A model generated the notes under the pieces. The model was not told the DNA's origin and searched no databases. It saw nothing but the letters and a program-made list of their open reading frames with translations. Shown here piece by piece: positions 55,772-64,000 of a stretch of DNA of 64,000 bases; position 1 is the stretch's first letter, and the number at the start of each line of letters is the position of its first letter. The DNA comes from an uncultured Gammaproteobacteria bacterium. GTDB taxonomy: Bacteria > Pseudomonadota > Gammaproteobacteria > UBA9214. Position numbers and translations under genes: made by a program. The stretch covers positions 1 to 64,000 of the forward strand of contig CAWHCQ010000007.1 of the NCBI GenBank assembly GCA_963827755.1, read 5' to 3'.

Positions 55772-56440
55772 ATGTCAACCAGCCAGACAGATTTTGAGCA
55801 GGCACGCTTCAATATGATCGAGCAACAGGTGCGCACCTGGGAGGTCCTCGATCAGCGTGTACTGGATACCATGAACGCGATACCGCGGGAAAATTTTGTG
55901 CCGCAGCGCTACCGCTCACTGGCCTTTGCAGACACCAATATCCCGCTCGGCAACAAGCAGGTGATGATGGCCCCCAAGGTCGAAGGCCGGCTGCTGCAGG
56001 CGCTGGGCATCACAGCAGAAGACAGCATCCTTGAGGTCGGTACCGGCAGTGGTTACCTGACGGCCTGTCTTGCAAGTCTTGGCAAGCATGTAACCAGCAT
56101 CGATATCGAACCCGGCTTTACTGCCACGGCGGCCGAAAAACTTGCCGCGCAGGGTATTACCAATATCACGCTGGAAACGGCCGATGCCGCCAACGGGCTC
56201 GACAGCAGCGAACAATACGACGTGATTGCCGTGACAGGTTCCCTGCCCCTGCTGCAACAACAGTTTCACGAGAACCTGAAAACCGGCGGCCGCCTGTTTG
56301 TGATCACCGGCAAGCTGCCGATCATGGAGGCCATGCTGATTACAAGGATCAACCGGGACAACTGGTCACGGGAGTGTTTGTTCGAGACCTGCATTCCACC
56401 GCTTGAACATGCCAGCAGGCCACAGGACTTTGTTTTTTGA
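55772..56440 (+). CDS. Protein-L-isoaspartate O-methyltransferase family protein (tolC-linked paralog)
   Basis: ARFNMIEQQVRTWEV, LEVGTGSGY, YDVIAVTGS, LFETCIPPL. Confidence 0.9.
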   Translation: MSTSQTDFEQARFNMIEQQVRTWEVLDQRVLDTMNAIPRENFVPQRYRSLAFADTNIPLGNKQVMMAPKVEGRLLQALGITAEDSILEVGTGSGYLTACLASLGKHVTSIDIEPGFTATAAEKLAAQGITNITLETADAANGLDSSEQYDVIAVTGSLPLLQQQFHENLKTGGRLFVITGKLPIMEAMLITRINRDNWSRECLFETCIPPLEHASRPQDFVF

Positions 56441-56533
56441 CATGCGTAAAGCAACATCAACTGAAAGCATGGCCGGCCTGGATACCCGGGCGTGTCATAG
56501 CAACACGCAGCTGACAACCTGCAGGGCCACATC

Positions 56534-57868
56534 ATGAATACCGGAATCCGTCTACGCCGAATCCTGCTGCTTTGCACCGGCCTGCTGGTTTTTTTTGCAG
56601 AACCGCTGCTGGCCGATGACCTGGAGTCTATCTACCGGCTGGCACTCGATGCCGATCCGGAATACCAGGCGGCGATCGCAACGCATGCCGCGGCACTGGA
56701 GATCCTGCCGCAGAGCCGCGCCGCCCTGCTGCCCGATATCGGCTTGAGCGGTAACGTATCAAGGGACCGTTTCGACCCGCGTAGCAGCGGCGACACGTCC
56801 TATGCAACCAACAAGACCTACAGTGTCGGTCTGCGCCAGGCCCTCTACCAGCGTGAACGTTTTGTAGCACTGCAACAGGCCGACAGTCGTATTGCACAGG
56901 CCGATGCCGAACTTGAAGCCGCGCGACAAAATCTGCTGCTGCGCGTCGCCACACTCTATTTCATTCAACTCGGTGCACAGGACAATCTTGAGTTTGTTGG
57001 CGCTGACAAGGACGCTATTGCACGCACGCTCGACCAGGCCGAGCAGCGCTTTGAAGTGGGCCTCGCGGCCATCACCGACAGCCTTGAAGCCAGGGCGCGC
57101 TTTCACACGGCCATCAGCGATGAAATCAATGCCGAACAGCTGCTGGCCGATGCCGGTGAAGCGCTGCGCGAGCTGACCGGTGAAATGACCGGGACCCTGA
57201 AAATCCTGCAGCCGGAGATACCCCTGGCATCCCCGGATCCGGCCGACCAGGAGCAATGGGTCAGTGCCGCCGTTGAACAAAATCCGCAGCTGCTGGCAGC
57301 CAGGGCGGCGACCGAAACCGCAAAGCAGGAAATCGAGAGACAACGTTCCGGTCATTACCCAAGTCTTGATATGACCGCCGATGTCAGCTACCTGGACAAC
57401 CGGTTTGGCGGCATTGCCGACGTGAAACGCAACGACAGCAGTATCGGCCTGGAGTTTAACCTGCCCCTGTACCAGGGAGGACTGACATCCTCGCAGACAC
57501 GGCAATCCCGCGCTGAATACAATGCCGCGATGGAAAACCAGGTCCTGCAGTACCGGGCCACGGAACGCCAGACACGTGACGACTACCGCGGTGTGATTTC
57601 CGGGATCAGCAAGGTTCGGGCGCTGCAGCGCGCGGTTGAATCCAATGAAAAAGCCGTTGAAGCTGCCGAAACCGGGTTCGAGGTCGGCACACGCACCGTC
57701 GTCGATGTACTGGACGCACAACGTGAATTATTGCGTGCCCGCCGCGATTATGCGCGTTCACGCTACGACTACCTGCTTGATACACTGCGCCTGAAGCAGG
57801 CCGCCGGTATCCTTGCCGGCGAAGACCTTGCACAAATCAACGAATGGCTGATTTCGCAGCCAGAATAA
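56534..57868 (+). CDS. tolC: TolC-family outer-membrane channel
   Basis: Signal peptide, QRFEVGL, SGHYPSLD, PLYQGG, GFEVGTRTVVDVLDAQ. Confidence 0.93.
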   Translation: MNTGIRLRRILLLCTGLLVFFAEPLLADDLESIYRLALDADPEYQAAIATHAAALEILPQSRAALLPDIGLSGNVSRDRFDPRSSGDTSYATNKTYSVGLRQALYQRERFVALQQADSRIAQADAELEAARQNLLLRVATLYFIQLGAQDNLEFVGADKDAIARTLDQAEQRFEVGLAAITDSLEARARFHTAISDEINAEQLLADAGEALRELTGEMTGTLKILQPEIPLASPDPADQEQWVSAAVEQNPQLLAARAATETAKQEIERQRSGHYPSLDMTADVSYLDNRFGGIADVKRNDSSIGLEFNLPLYQGGLTSSQTRQSRAEYNAAMENQVLQYRATERQTRDDYRGVISGISKVRALQRAVESNEKAVEAAETGFEVGTRTVVDVLDAQRELLRARRDYARSRYDYLLDTLRLKQAAGILAGEDLAQINEWLISQPE

Positions 57869-57880
57869 TACCCGTTACCT

Positions 57881-57986
57881 GCAGGAGCGGATCGCATCCG
57901 CGATATGCCCCTGCATGAACCCCGATCGCGCTTGAGAAGCGCTCCTGCAGGTTGACTGGCTATTGCAGGAGCGCCTTGCAGGCGCG
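57881..57986. repeat. REP-like cluster (GCAG variants)
   Basis: GCAGGAGCGGATCGCATCCGCGAT..ATCGCGCTTGAGAAGCGCTCCTGC plus GCAGGAGCGCCTTGCAGGCGCG. Confidence 0.8.
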
Positions 57987-58012
57987 GTAAACTCAGCCCG
58001 ACAGGTTCCTGG

Positions 58013-58618
58013 TCACCACAGGGTCCAGCCCGAATCCAGCCGGCTTTCGCACTGGGCCAGCTGCGTCTGGTAAAGCCCGGCCCGGTTTTCCACCTTCTTC
58101 GCCACCTTGATCAACCAGGGCTTTTGATTATAGGTCTTGCGCTTATACCCGCCATGACCTTCATGGTAGGCCAGGTACTGGTTATAGGTGTCGGATTTGG
58201 AAAGACCCAGCATCCTGTGACTGGTATTTACGTACCAGCCGATAAAATCCACGGCATCGGCAAAGTTGTCCCGGTCAGCGCCACGATTACCGGACTTTTC
58301 AATGTACCAGTCCCAGGTCGTGTCCTTCGCCTGGGCATAGCCATAGGCTGAGGATGCCCGGCCCCAGGGTATTACCCAGAGCAGACGCTCCCGCGGCGGC
58401 CGGGCATCGTCGACGAACCTGGACTCCTGGTAGATGATGGCCAGCTGCACGTCGACAGGCACCCCCCACTTTTCAGAGCTCTGCACGGCCGCCCGGTACC
58501 AGCCGCTCTTGTCCTCGAAAATGTCACAGCCATTGGTGATATTGGCGGGAGGCGAGGTGGAACAGGCGGTCAACAGGGACAGCATAAAACCTGTGAGCAA
58601 TAATTTCCGGGTATTCAT
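58013..58618 (-). CDS. Lipoprotein, transglycosylase SLT-like family
   Basis: Lipobox LTAC, AIIYQESRF, SSAYGYAQA, YLAYHEGHGGY. Confidence 0.85.
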   Translation of the reverse strand: MNTRKLLLTGFMLSLLTACSTSPPANITNGCDIFEDKSGWYRAAVQSSEKWGVPVDVQLAIIYQESRFVDDARPPRERLLWVIPWGRASSAYGYAQAKDTTWDWYIEKSGNRGADRDNFADAVDFIGWYVNTSHRMLGLSKSDTYNQYLAYHEGHGGYKRKTYNQKPWLIKVAKKVENRAGLYQTQLAQCESRLDSGWTLW

Positions 58619-58825
58619 GTGGATGAGCCTATATCGGGGTATCGCTATAATGCCGGCATCGGGCTTTCGCTTGAATAATGAATACAGCAACATGCATCGC
58701 GAAGGCCCGGGTAATCGTCAATATGAGAACAGAAAAAAGACAGGGTATCAAGCGGGCCCTGAATGCTTCATGATGCATACATAATACGGGTACAGCAGTG
58801 AAATTTATTCACCGAATGGACAACC

Positions 58826-59359
58826 ATGACAAATAATATGCCGCCGAATGACCTGCCGGGTTTTGACCAGCCACTGGCCCTTTTACGCGCCTGCCACGAC
58901 AACATTCTTGCGCACTGTGATTTACTGGAAAAACTGCTTGACCACATGGCCGGGGCCGGTCCCGATGCAGAGGCGCGCAAAACCGCGGAAAAAATCAACC
59001 GCTATTTCTCGACCAGCGCCGAACTGCATCACCGCGACGAGGAAGAAGACCTGTTCCCCCGGCTCAACCGGCAATCACTGAAAATTGCCGAGCTGGTATA
59101 CGGCCTGAAAAAAGAGCACCAACAGCTCGATACCCTCTGGAAGACACTGTCACCTGAACTGAAACGACTGCCCGCTGATGCATTCAGCGAGGAATTTGAC
59201 AAGGCTGCCGCCGGGTTCTGCAGTCTCTACCGGGCGCATATCGACCGCGAAAACATGGAGTTTTTACCGCTGGTCGCCAACAGCCTGAGTCAGCAGGAAC
59301 TCGCCGCAATCGGTGAATCCATGGCCGAGCGGCGCGGCGTTCCCTACCCGGCACGCTAG
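58826..59359 (+). CDS. Hemerythrin-domain protein
   Basis: LRACH, HHRDEEEDLFP, EH, YRAHIDREN. Confidence 0.88.
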   Translation: MTNNMPPNDLPGFDQPLALLRACHDNILAHCDLLEKLLDHMAGAGPDAEARKTAEKINRYFSTSAELHHRDEEEDLFPRLNRQSLKIAELVYGLKKEHQQLDTLWKTLSPELKRLPADAFSEEFDKAAAGFCSLYRAHIDRENMEFLPLVANSLSQQELAAIGESMAERRGVPYPAR

Positions 59360-59404
59360 CGATCCCTCACAGACCCCGGCCGTCTATTTATCTCCATATA
59401 AAAC

Positions 59405-59495
59405 GTAGGAGCCAGCGCCAGCTGGCGAAGGATATTTCCACCGATCTCGGCTGCAGACATATTGCGACCATTCGCCAGCTGGCGCTGGCTCCTGC
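59405..59495. repeat. REP doublet
   Basis: Same 25-mer family as 38551 and 40794, inverted pair. Confidence 0.88.
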
Positions 59496-59506
59496 ATGCT
59501 GTTTGA

Positions 59507-60767
59507 TTACAGGTAACGCTCGATCATTGCCAGCACCTTGTTCAGGGCGCCGCGGTTCTTCGCGACGACCGCGCGGCCGAGTTCGCCGACACGGTGGCGC
59601 TCATTGGCATCACCCAGCCAGCGCACCACTGTTTGCTCAAGTTCGGCGGGGCTTTCAACCTTTTCACAGGCACCCGCATCCTGCAGCAACCGGGTGATGG
59701 CGATAAAATTAAACACATGCGGCCCGGTGACGACGGGGATACCCAATGCTGCAGGCTCGAGCGGGTTGTGTCCGCCGTGGCGGACCAGGCTGCCGCCGAC
59801 AAAGGCAACATCGGCTGCCGCATAGAACAGCGGCAACTCCCCCATCGAATCGCCGATAAAGATACTGGTTTCAGCAAGGCAGGGTTGCCTGTCACTGCGC
59901 CGCACCGTGTTGTAGCCGCGATTGCGGCATAACGCCGCAACCGACTCAAAACGTTCCGGGTGACGCGGTACCAGTACCAGCAGGCAATCACTGAACTGCT
60001 TGCGTACCTGGCGGAAGACATCCAGCAGGATCTCATCTTCACCCTGATGCGTACTCGCCGCTATCCAGACCGGACGCCCGACACCCCATTCGCGTCGCAG
60101 CGCCTCGGCACTCTCGAACAGGCTGGACGGGATCTTTTGTTCGAATTTCATATTACCCGTGACCGTGATGGTCCCGCCGTCCGCACCCAGGCTCTCAAAA
60201 TGTTCTGCATCCTGTTCGCTCTGCGCGGCGATCTCGGTGACTGCGGACAGCGTTTCGGATATCAGGCGAGCGAACCTTGCGATAACCCGACACGGACCGG
60301 GCCGAGAGGCGGGCATTGACCAGCAATAACGGGATATGGCCAACCCGACAGGCATAATAAAGGTTCGGCCACAGTTCGGTTTCCATAACGATGGCAAGCT
60401 GTGGCCTGACACGACCAAGAAACCGGCCAACTGCGCCCGGCAGGTCATACGGTGCGTAGACATGCGCAACTTCGCTGTCAAACAGGGCCTGCACCCTCGC
60501 CGAACCTGTGGGTGTCACGGTTGTTACGAGAATCGAGTACGCCGGGTAGCGATCCAGCAAGGCACGCACCAGCGGCTCGGCCGCCTGCACTTCTCCAACC
60601 GAGACGGCATGTATCCAGATGACATGCTTGCCAAGGGTCGGTGTTATGGCACCAAAACGCTCCGCCCAGCGACGCCGGTAGTCAGGGACAGCCAGTCCCC
60701 GCCACGCCAGGCGAACAAGGACAAGCGGCGCCAGCAGGTAAAGCAACAGGGTATAGAATTTTCTCAA
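59507..60767 (-). CDS. waaA: 3-deoxy-D-manno-octulosonic acid transferase (one frameshift near 60270)
   Basis: WIHAVSVGE, METELWPN, TGNMKF, ASTHQGE, PRHPERF, GGHNPLEPA. Confidence 0.94.
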
Positions 60768-60792
60768 TGGTAATTCACTGCTATCTCGTTAA

Positions 60793-60891
60793 CCCCCTCT
60801 CGGCAATTGCTCCATGCATCGCCTAAAGCGCCTGCTTTTGGTGCTCTACCTCCTGCATCCCTGCAGTCGTCCCGCCGGGAGAGGGCCGGGG
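60793..60891. repeat. Hairpin repeat interrupted by a 68-bp insertion
   Basis: CCCCCTCTC [60802-60869] TCCCGCCGGGAGAGGGCCGGGG; removing the insert and one TC restores the hairpin CCCTCTCCCGCCGGGAGAGGG. Confidence 0.6.
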
Positions 60892-60926
60892 ATCAGATTT
60901 AAATGCAACTTGTCAGGATTACTGCG

Positions 60927-61877
60927 CTATTCCTGCTGCGCCAGCCAGTCCATGTACAGTGGCACGCCCTCTTCCACCGGCTTGAAGGGCTTGTCATATC
61001 CGGCGGCACGCAATGCAGAAATATCTGCCTCGGTATAACTCTGGTAACAGCCGCGCAGGTGATCGGGGAAAGGAATGTATTCAATCTCCCCCTTTCCATG
61101 CCAGCCGATCACGGCAAGACCGACATCCTTGAAACTCTGGCAACGACCGGTTCCAAGGTTGAAGATACCGGAAGCATCCGGGTTGTCCATGAACCAGAGG
61201 TTCACATCGACAACATCGGCAACGTAAATAAAATCCCGGCGCTGTTCGCCGTCGCCATAACCCTCGGCACCCGCAAACAAACGCGGATTCTCTCCCGCCT
61301 TCATTTGCTGCCTGAGGTGGTAGGCGACACTCGCCATACTGCCCTTGTGCTGTTCACGCGGTCCGTAGACGTTGAAATAGCGGAAGCCTGCAACCTGGCT
61401 TTTTGCACCGGGCAGGATACGCCGCACGTACTGGTCGAACAGGAACTTGGAATAGCCGTACACGTTCAGCGGCGCCTCATGGTCACGGGACTCGCTGAAT
61501 ACCTGGCCGCCCCCGTAAACCGAGGCTGAAGAGGCGTACAGACAGGCCGCCCGGTTATCCAGGCAGTAATGCAGCAGCAACTTCGAGAATTCGTAGTTGT
61601 TGGCCATCATGTATTTACCATCCCACTCCGTGGTTGAAGAGCAGGCTCCCTCGTGAAAGATGACATCGACCTTGCCGCCCAGGCCAGCGCCGCTACTCAC
61701 TTTCCCGATAAAGTCATCCTTGTCGAGGTAATCGAGGATTTCACAATCCACCAGGTTGCGGAATTTCTTGCCCTCCTTGAGGTCATCGACGACCAGGATA
61801 TCCTCGCGCCCCCGCTCATTGAGGCCCTTCACGATGTTGCTGCCGATAAAGCCGGCACCGCCCGTCACAATAATCAT
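60927..61877 (-). CDS. hldD: ADP-L-glycero-D-manno-heptose 6-epimerase
   Basis: [52 protein letters not shown]. Confidence 0.97.
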   Translation of the reverse strand: MIIVTGGAGFIGSNIVKGLNERGREDILVVDDLKEGKKFRNLVDCEILDYLDKDDFIGKVSSGAGLGGKVDVIFHEGACSSTTEWDGKYMMANNYEFSKLLLHYCLDNRAACLYASSASVYGGGQVFSESRDHEAPLNVYGYSKFLFDQYVRRILPGAKSQVAGFRYFNVYGPREQHKGSMASVAYHLRQQMKAGENPRLFAGAEGYGDGEQRRDFIYVADVVDVNLWFMDNPDASGIFNLGTGRCQSFKDVGLAVIGWHGKGEIEYIPFPDHLRGCYQSYTEADISALRAAGYDKPFKPVEEGVPLYMDWLAQQE

Positions 61878-61984
61878 GCTTGTTCCCTGTTATTAACCGG
61901 TTTGTATAAACAAATAATCTCTCGCCAGAACGCAAATATAAACCACATGGATGCAGGCGTCCCACCAGGACAACAACACCCCCT

Positions 61985-62136
61985 GTAGGAGCGGATCTCA
62001 TCCGCGATGACACGGCCGGTGCGAGCCCCGATCGCGCTTGAGAAGCGCTCCTACAATTCACATCAACACCTGTAGGAGCCAGCGCCAGCTGGCGAACACC
62101 TCGCGAACCCCTTCGCCAGCTGGCGCTGGCTCCTAC
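61985..62136. repeat. Two adjacent REP doublets of different families
   Basis: 61985-62054 (GTAGGAGCGGATCTCATCCGCGAT..CGCTCCTAC) and 62072-62136 (25-mer family); the latter supplies the TAG stop of hldE. Confidence 0.9.
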
Positions 62137-63563
62137 GGGTCCTGCTGCCGAATGGTTTCGATAATATCGCTGGTCGAGCAGCCGTCTTCAAAATCAAGCA
62201 CAACCACTTCGCCGCCATTTCGGGTTACACAGTCATAGCCGGCAATATCCCCGGGCTTGTAATCACCGCCCTTCACCAGCAGGTCGGGGTTGATCTCGCA
62301 AATCAGCCGCTCGGGCGTATCTTCTGAAAACGGCACCACCCAATCAACACGTTCAAGCGCGGCAAGCACCGTCATGCGGCGGTCCACGGGATTGATCGGC
62401 CGGCCCTTGCCCTTGAGCCGCCTGACGGAATCGTCGTCGTTCACGGCCACGATCAGGCGATCGCCCAGGCGCCGCGCCTGGTTCAGGTATGTCACGTGCC
62501 CGGCATGGAGGATATCAAAGCAGCCATTGGTCATGACTATCCGCTCGCCATGTAAACGCGCATCCTCAACGGCAATCTGCAGCTGGGACTGGTTCATGAC
62601 ACCAAAACCGGCATCCTGGCCGACGAGCACGGAGCGTCGCAACTCCGGGACCGACACGCTCGCCGTACCCAGCTTGCCAACCACGATGCCGGCTGCCAGG
62701 TTGGCCAGTGCCGTCGCCGCCGGCAAGTCCTCGCCCGCCGCCAGTGCCGCAGCCAGTACCGAGATCACGGTATCCCCGGCACCGGTGACATCAAACACCT
62801 CTTGCGCATGGGTTGGTAAATGCAGTTCGGGCTCGCCCTTGCGCAGCAGCGTCATGCCATGTTCACCGCGCGTTACCAGCAGGGCCTGCAGGTCAAGGAT
62901 GTCTATCAGTGCAGCACTCTTTTCAACCATCTCCTGTTCGCTGTTGCAAACACCGACAACCTGTTCGAATTCGGCCATGTTCGGTGTAACCAGGGTCGCC
63001 CCCGAGTAGGCGGTAAAGTCGAGTGACTTGGGATCGACCAGCACCGGCTTGCCGGCATCGCGTGCCGCCGCAATCAGCTGTTCAATCTGCGCCAGGGTCC
63101 CCTTGCCGTAGTCCGACAGCACCACGACATCACAGTTTTCCAGTTCCTGCCGGTATGTCTGCAGCATGTCATCGGTATTGACCGCCGCGAAGCCGTCTTC
63201 GAAATCCAGCCGGATCAGTTGCTGATGCCGGCTGATGACACGCAGCTTGGTGACGGTCGGGGTATCCGCAATTCTCCGGAAAACGCATTTGATGCCGGCG
63301 CCACCGAGCAATGCCTCCAGCGAATCCGCCGCGTCATCATCGCCGGTGATGCCCAGCAGGCAGGTCTGCGCACCGAGCGAGGAAATATTCAGCGCCACGT
63401 TGGCGGCCCCGCCGGCACGTTCCTCCGAATGCCCCACATGGACAACCGGGACCGGCGCTTCGGGGGAAATACGCGAGGTGGCACCGTGCCAGTAGCGGTC
63501 GAGCATGACATCGCCGACGACGAGTACACGCGCCCTGTCAAACGCGGGGATCTGAATTTTCAT
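62133..63563 (-). CDS. hldE: Bifunctional heptose 7-phosphate kinase / heptose 1-phosphate adenylyltransferase
   Basis: [45 protein letters not shown]. Confidence 0.97.
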   Translation of the reverse strand: MKIQIPAFDRARVLVVGDVMLDRYWHGATSRISPEAPVPVVHVGHSEERAGGAANVALNISSLGAQTCLLGITGDDDAADSLEALLGGAGIKCVFRRIADTPTVTKLRVISRHQQLIRLDFEDGFAAVNTDDMLQTYRQELENCDVVVLSDYGKGTLAQIEQLIAAARDAGKPVLVDPKSLDFTAYSGATLVTPNMAEFEQVVGVCNSEQEMVEKSAALIDILDLQALLVTRGEHGMTLLRKGEPELHLPTHAQEVFDVTGAGDTVISVLAAALAAGEDLPAATALANLAAGIVVGKLGTASVSVPELRRSVLVGQDAGFGVMNQSQLQIAVEDARLHGERIVMTNGCFDILHAGHVTYLNQARRLGDRLIVAVNDDDSVRRLKGKGRPINPVDRRMTVLAALERVDWVVPFSEDTPERLICEINPDLLVKGGDYKPGDIAGYDCVTRNGGEVVVLDFEDGCSTSDIIETIRQQDP

Positions 63564-63672
63564 GGCAGAAACAAATTCACAATCAATAAATTGCGGGGAA
63601 TAATAGCACAAGCCGGCGGCGGCATATTCTCTGGTTGCCGCCCGTCGTGAACGCTACAATCACTCCACGCCC

Positions 63673-64000
63673 ATGAACAGCCGACCCTATTCAATCCGGT
63701 ACTGGCCGACCTGGTCGGGACTGGGACTGCTCTGGTGCCTGTCCCGCCTGCCCTATGCCTGGCAGACGGGTATCGGGCGCCTGCTTGGCAACGTGTTCCT
63801 GAGGTTTGCCTCAAGCCGCAGGCAAATTGCGGAAGTGAACTTCTCGTTGTGCTTTCCGGAGCTTACTGCGCAGCAAAGGCAAACACTGCTGGCCGATCAT
63901 TTCGCCTCGCTGGGCATCGGCATCATGGAAACGGCCATGAGCTGGTGGGCAACGAAGAAGCAGCTGGAGAAACTGGTAAAAATAGACGGTCTCCAACACC
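63673..64000 (+). CDS. lpxL: Lipid A lauroyl/acyltransferase, 5' part (runs off window)
   Basis: Hand translation: RYWPTWSGLGLLWCLSRLPY..IGRLLG..RRQIAEVNFSLCFPE..HFASLGIGIMETAMSWW. Confidence 0.88.
   Translation, partial: MNSRPYSIRYWPTWSGLGLLWCLSRLPYAWQTGIGRLLGNVFLRFASSRRQIAEVNFSLCFPELTAQQRQTLLADHFASLGIGIMETAMSWWATKKQLEKLVKIDGLQH

Overview
Most of the window (about 2280-64000) looks like a gammaproteobacterial chromosome segment. It has many single-base frameshifts, most simply explained as long-read or consensus errors. The first ~2.27 kb (gnd plus the 5' part of an M1 peptidase) is much more GC-rich and joins mid-gene to a FadL-type gene, which suggests a chimeric or concatenated contig. 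Gene order: FadL; a large secreted protein with a JDVT-CTERM-like tail; a polysaccharide export locus (Wza-like, beta-barrel, Wzc halves, ExeA-type ATPase, galE, VanZ); cysQ/yrfG; a PilZ-like protein; gspG-N; rubredoxin; thiD-thiE-hemL; DedA/PAP2; mpl; adenylate kinase with a histone-like tail; PPi-PFK with H+-PPase; a signal-peptide PIMT paired with a membrane methyltransferase; an accessory block (Cys-rich HAD lipoprotein, a ~1900-aa di-heme multidomain protein, a GH2 glucuronidase); thiC with a TPP riboswitch; pcm-tolC; and LPS genes waaA, hldD, hldE, lpxL. The non-coding DNA is rich in repeats: composite heptamer-repeat/inverted-arm elements confined to the EPS locus, a 640-bp palindrome, several GTAG-type REP families and nested insertions. 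No rRNA, tRNA, CRISPR array, transposase or integrase was recognised. All family assignments come from motif recognition by eye, not from database searches.
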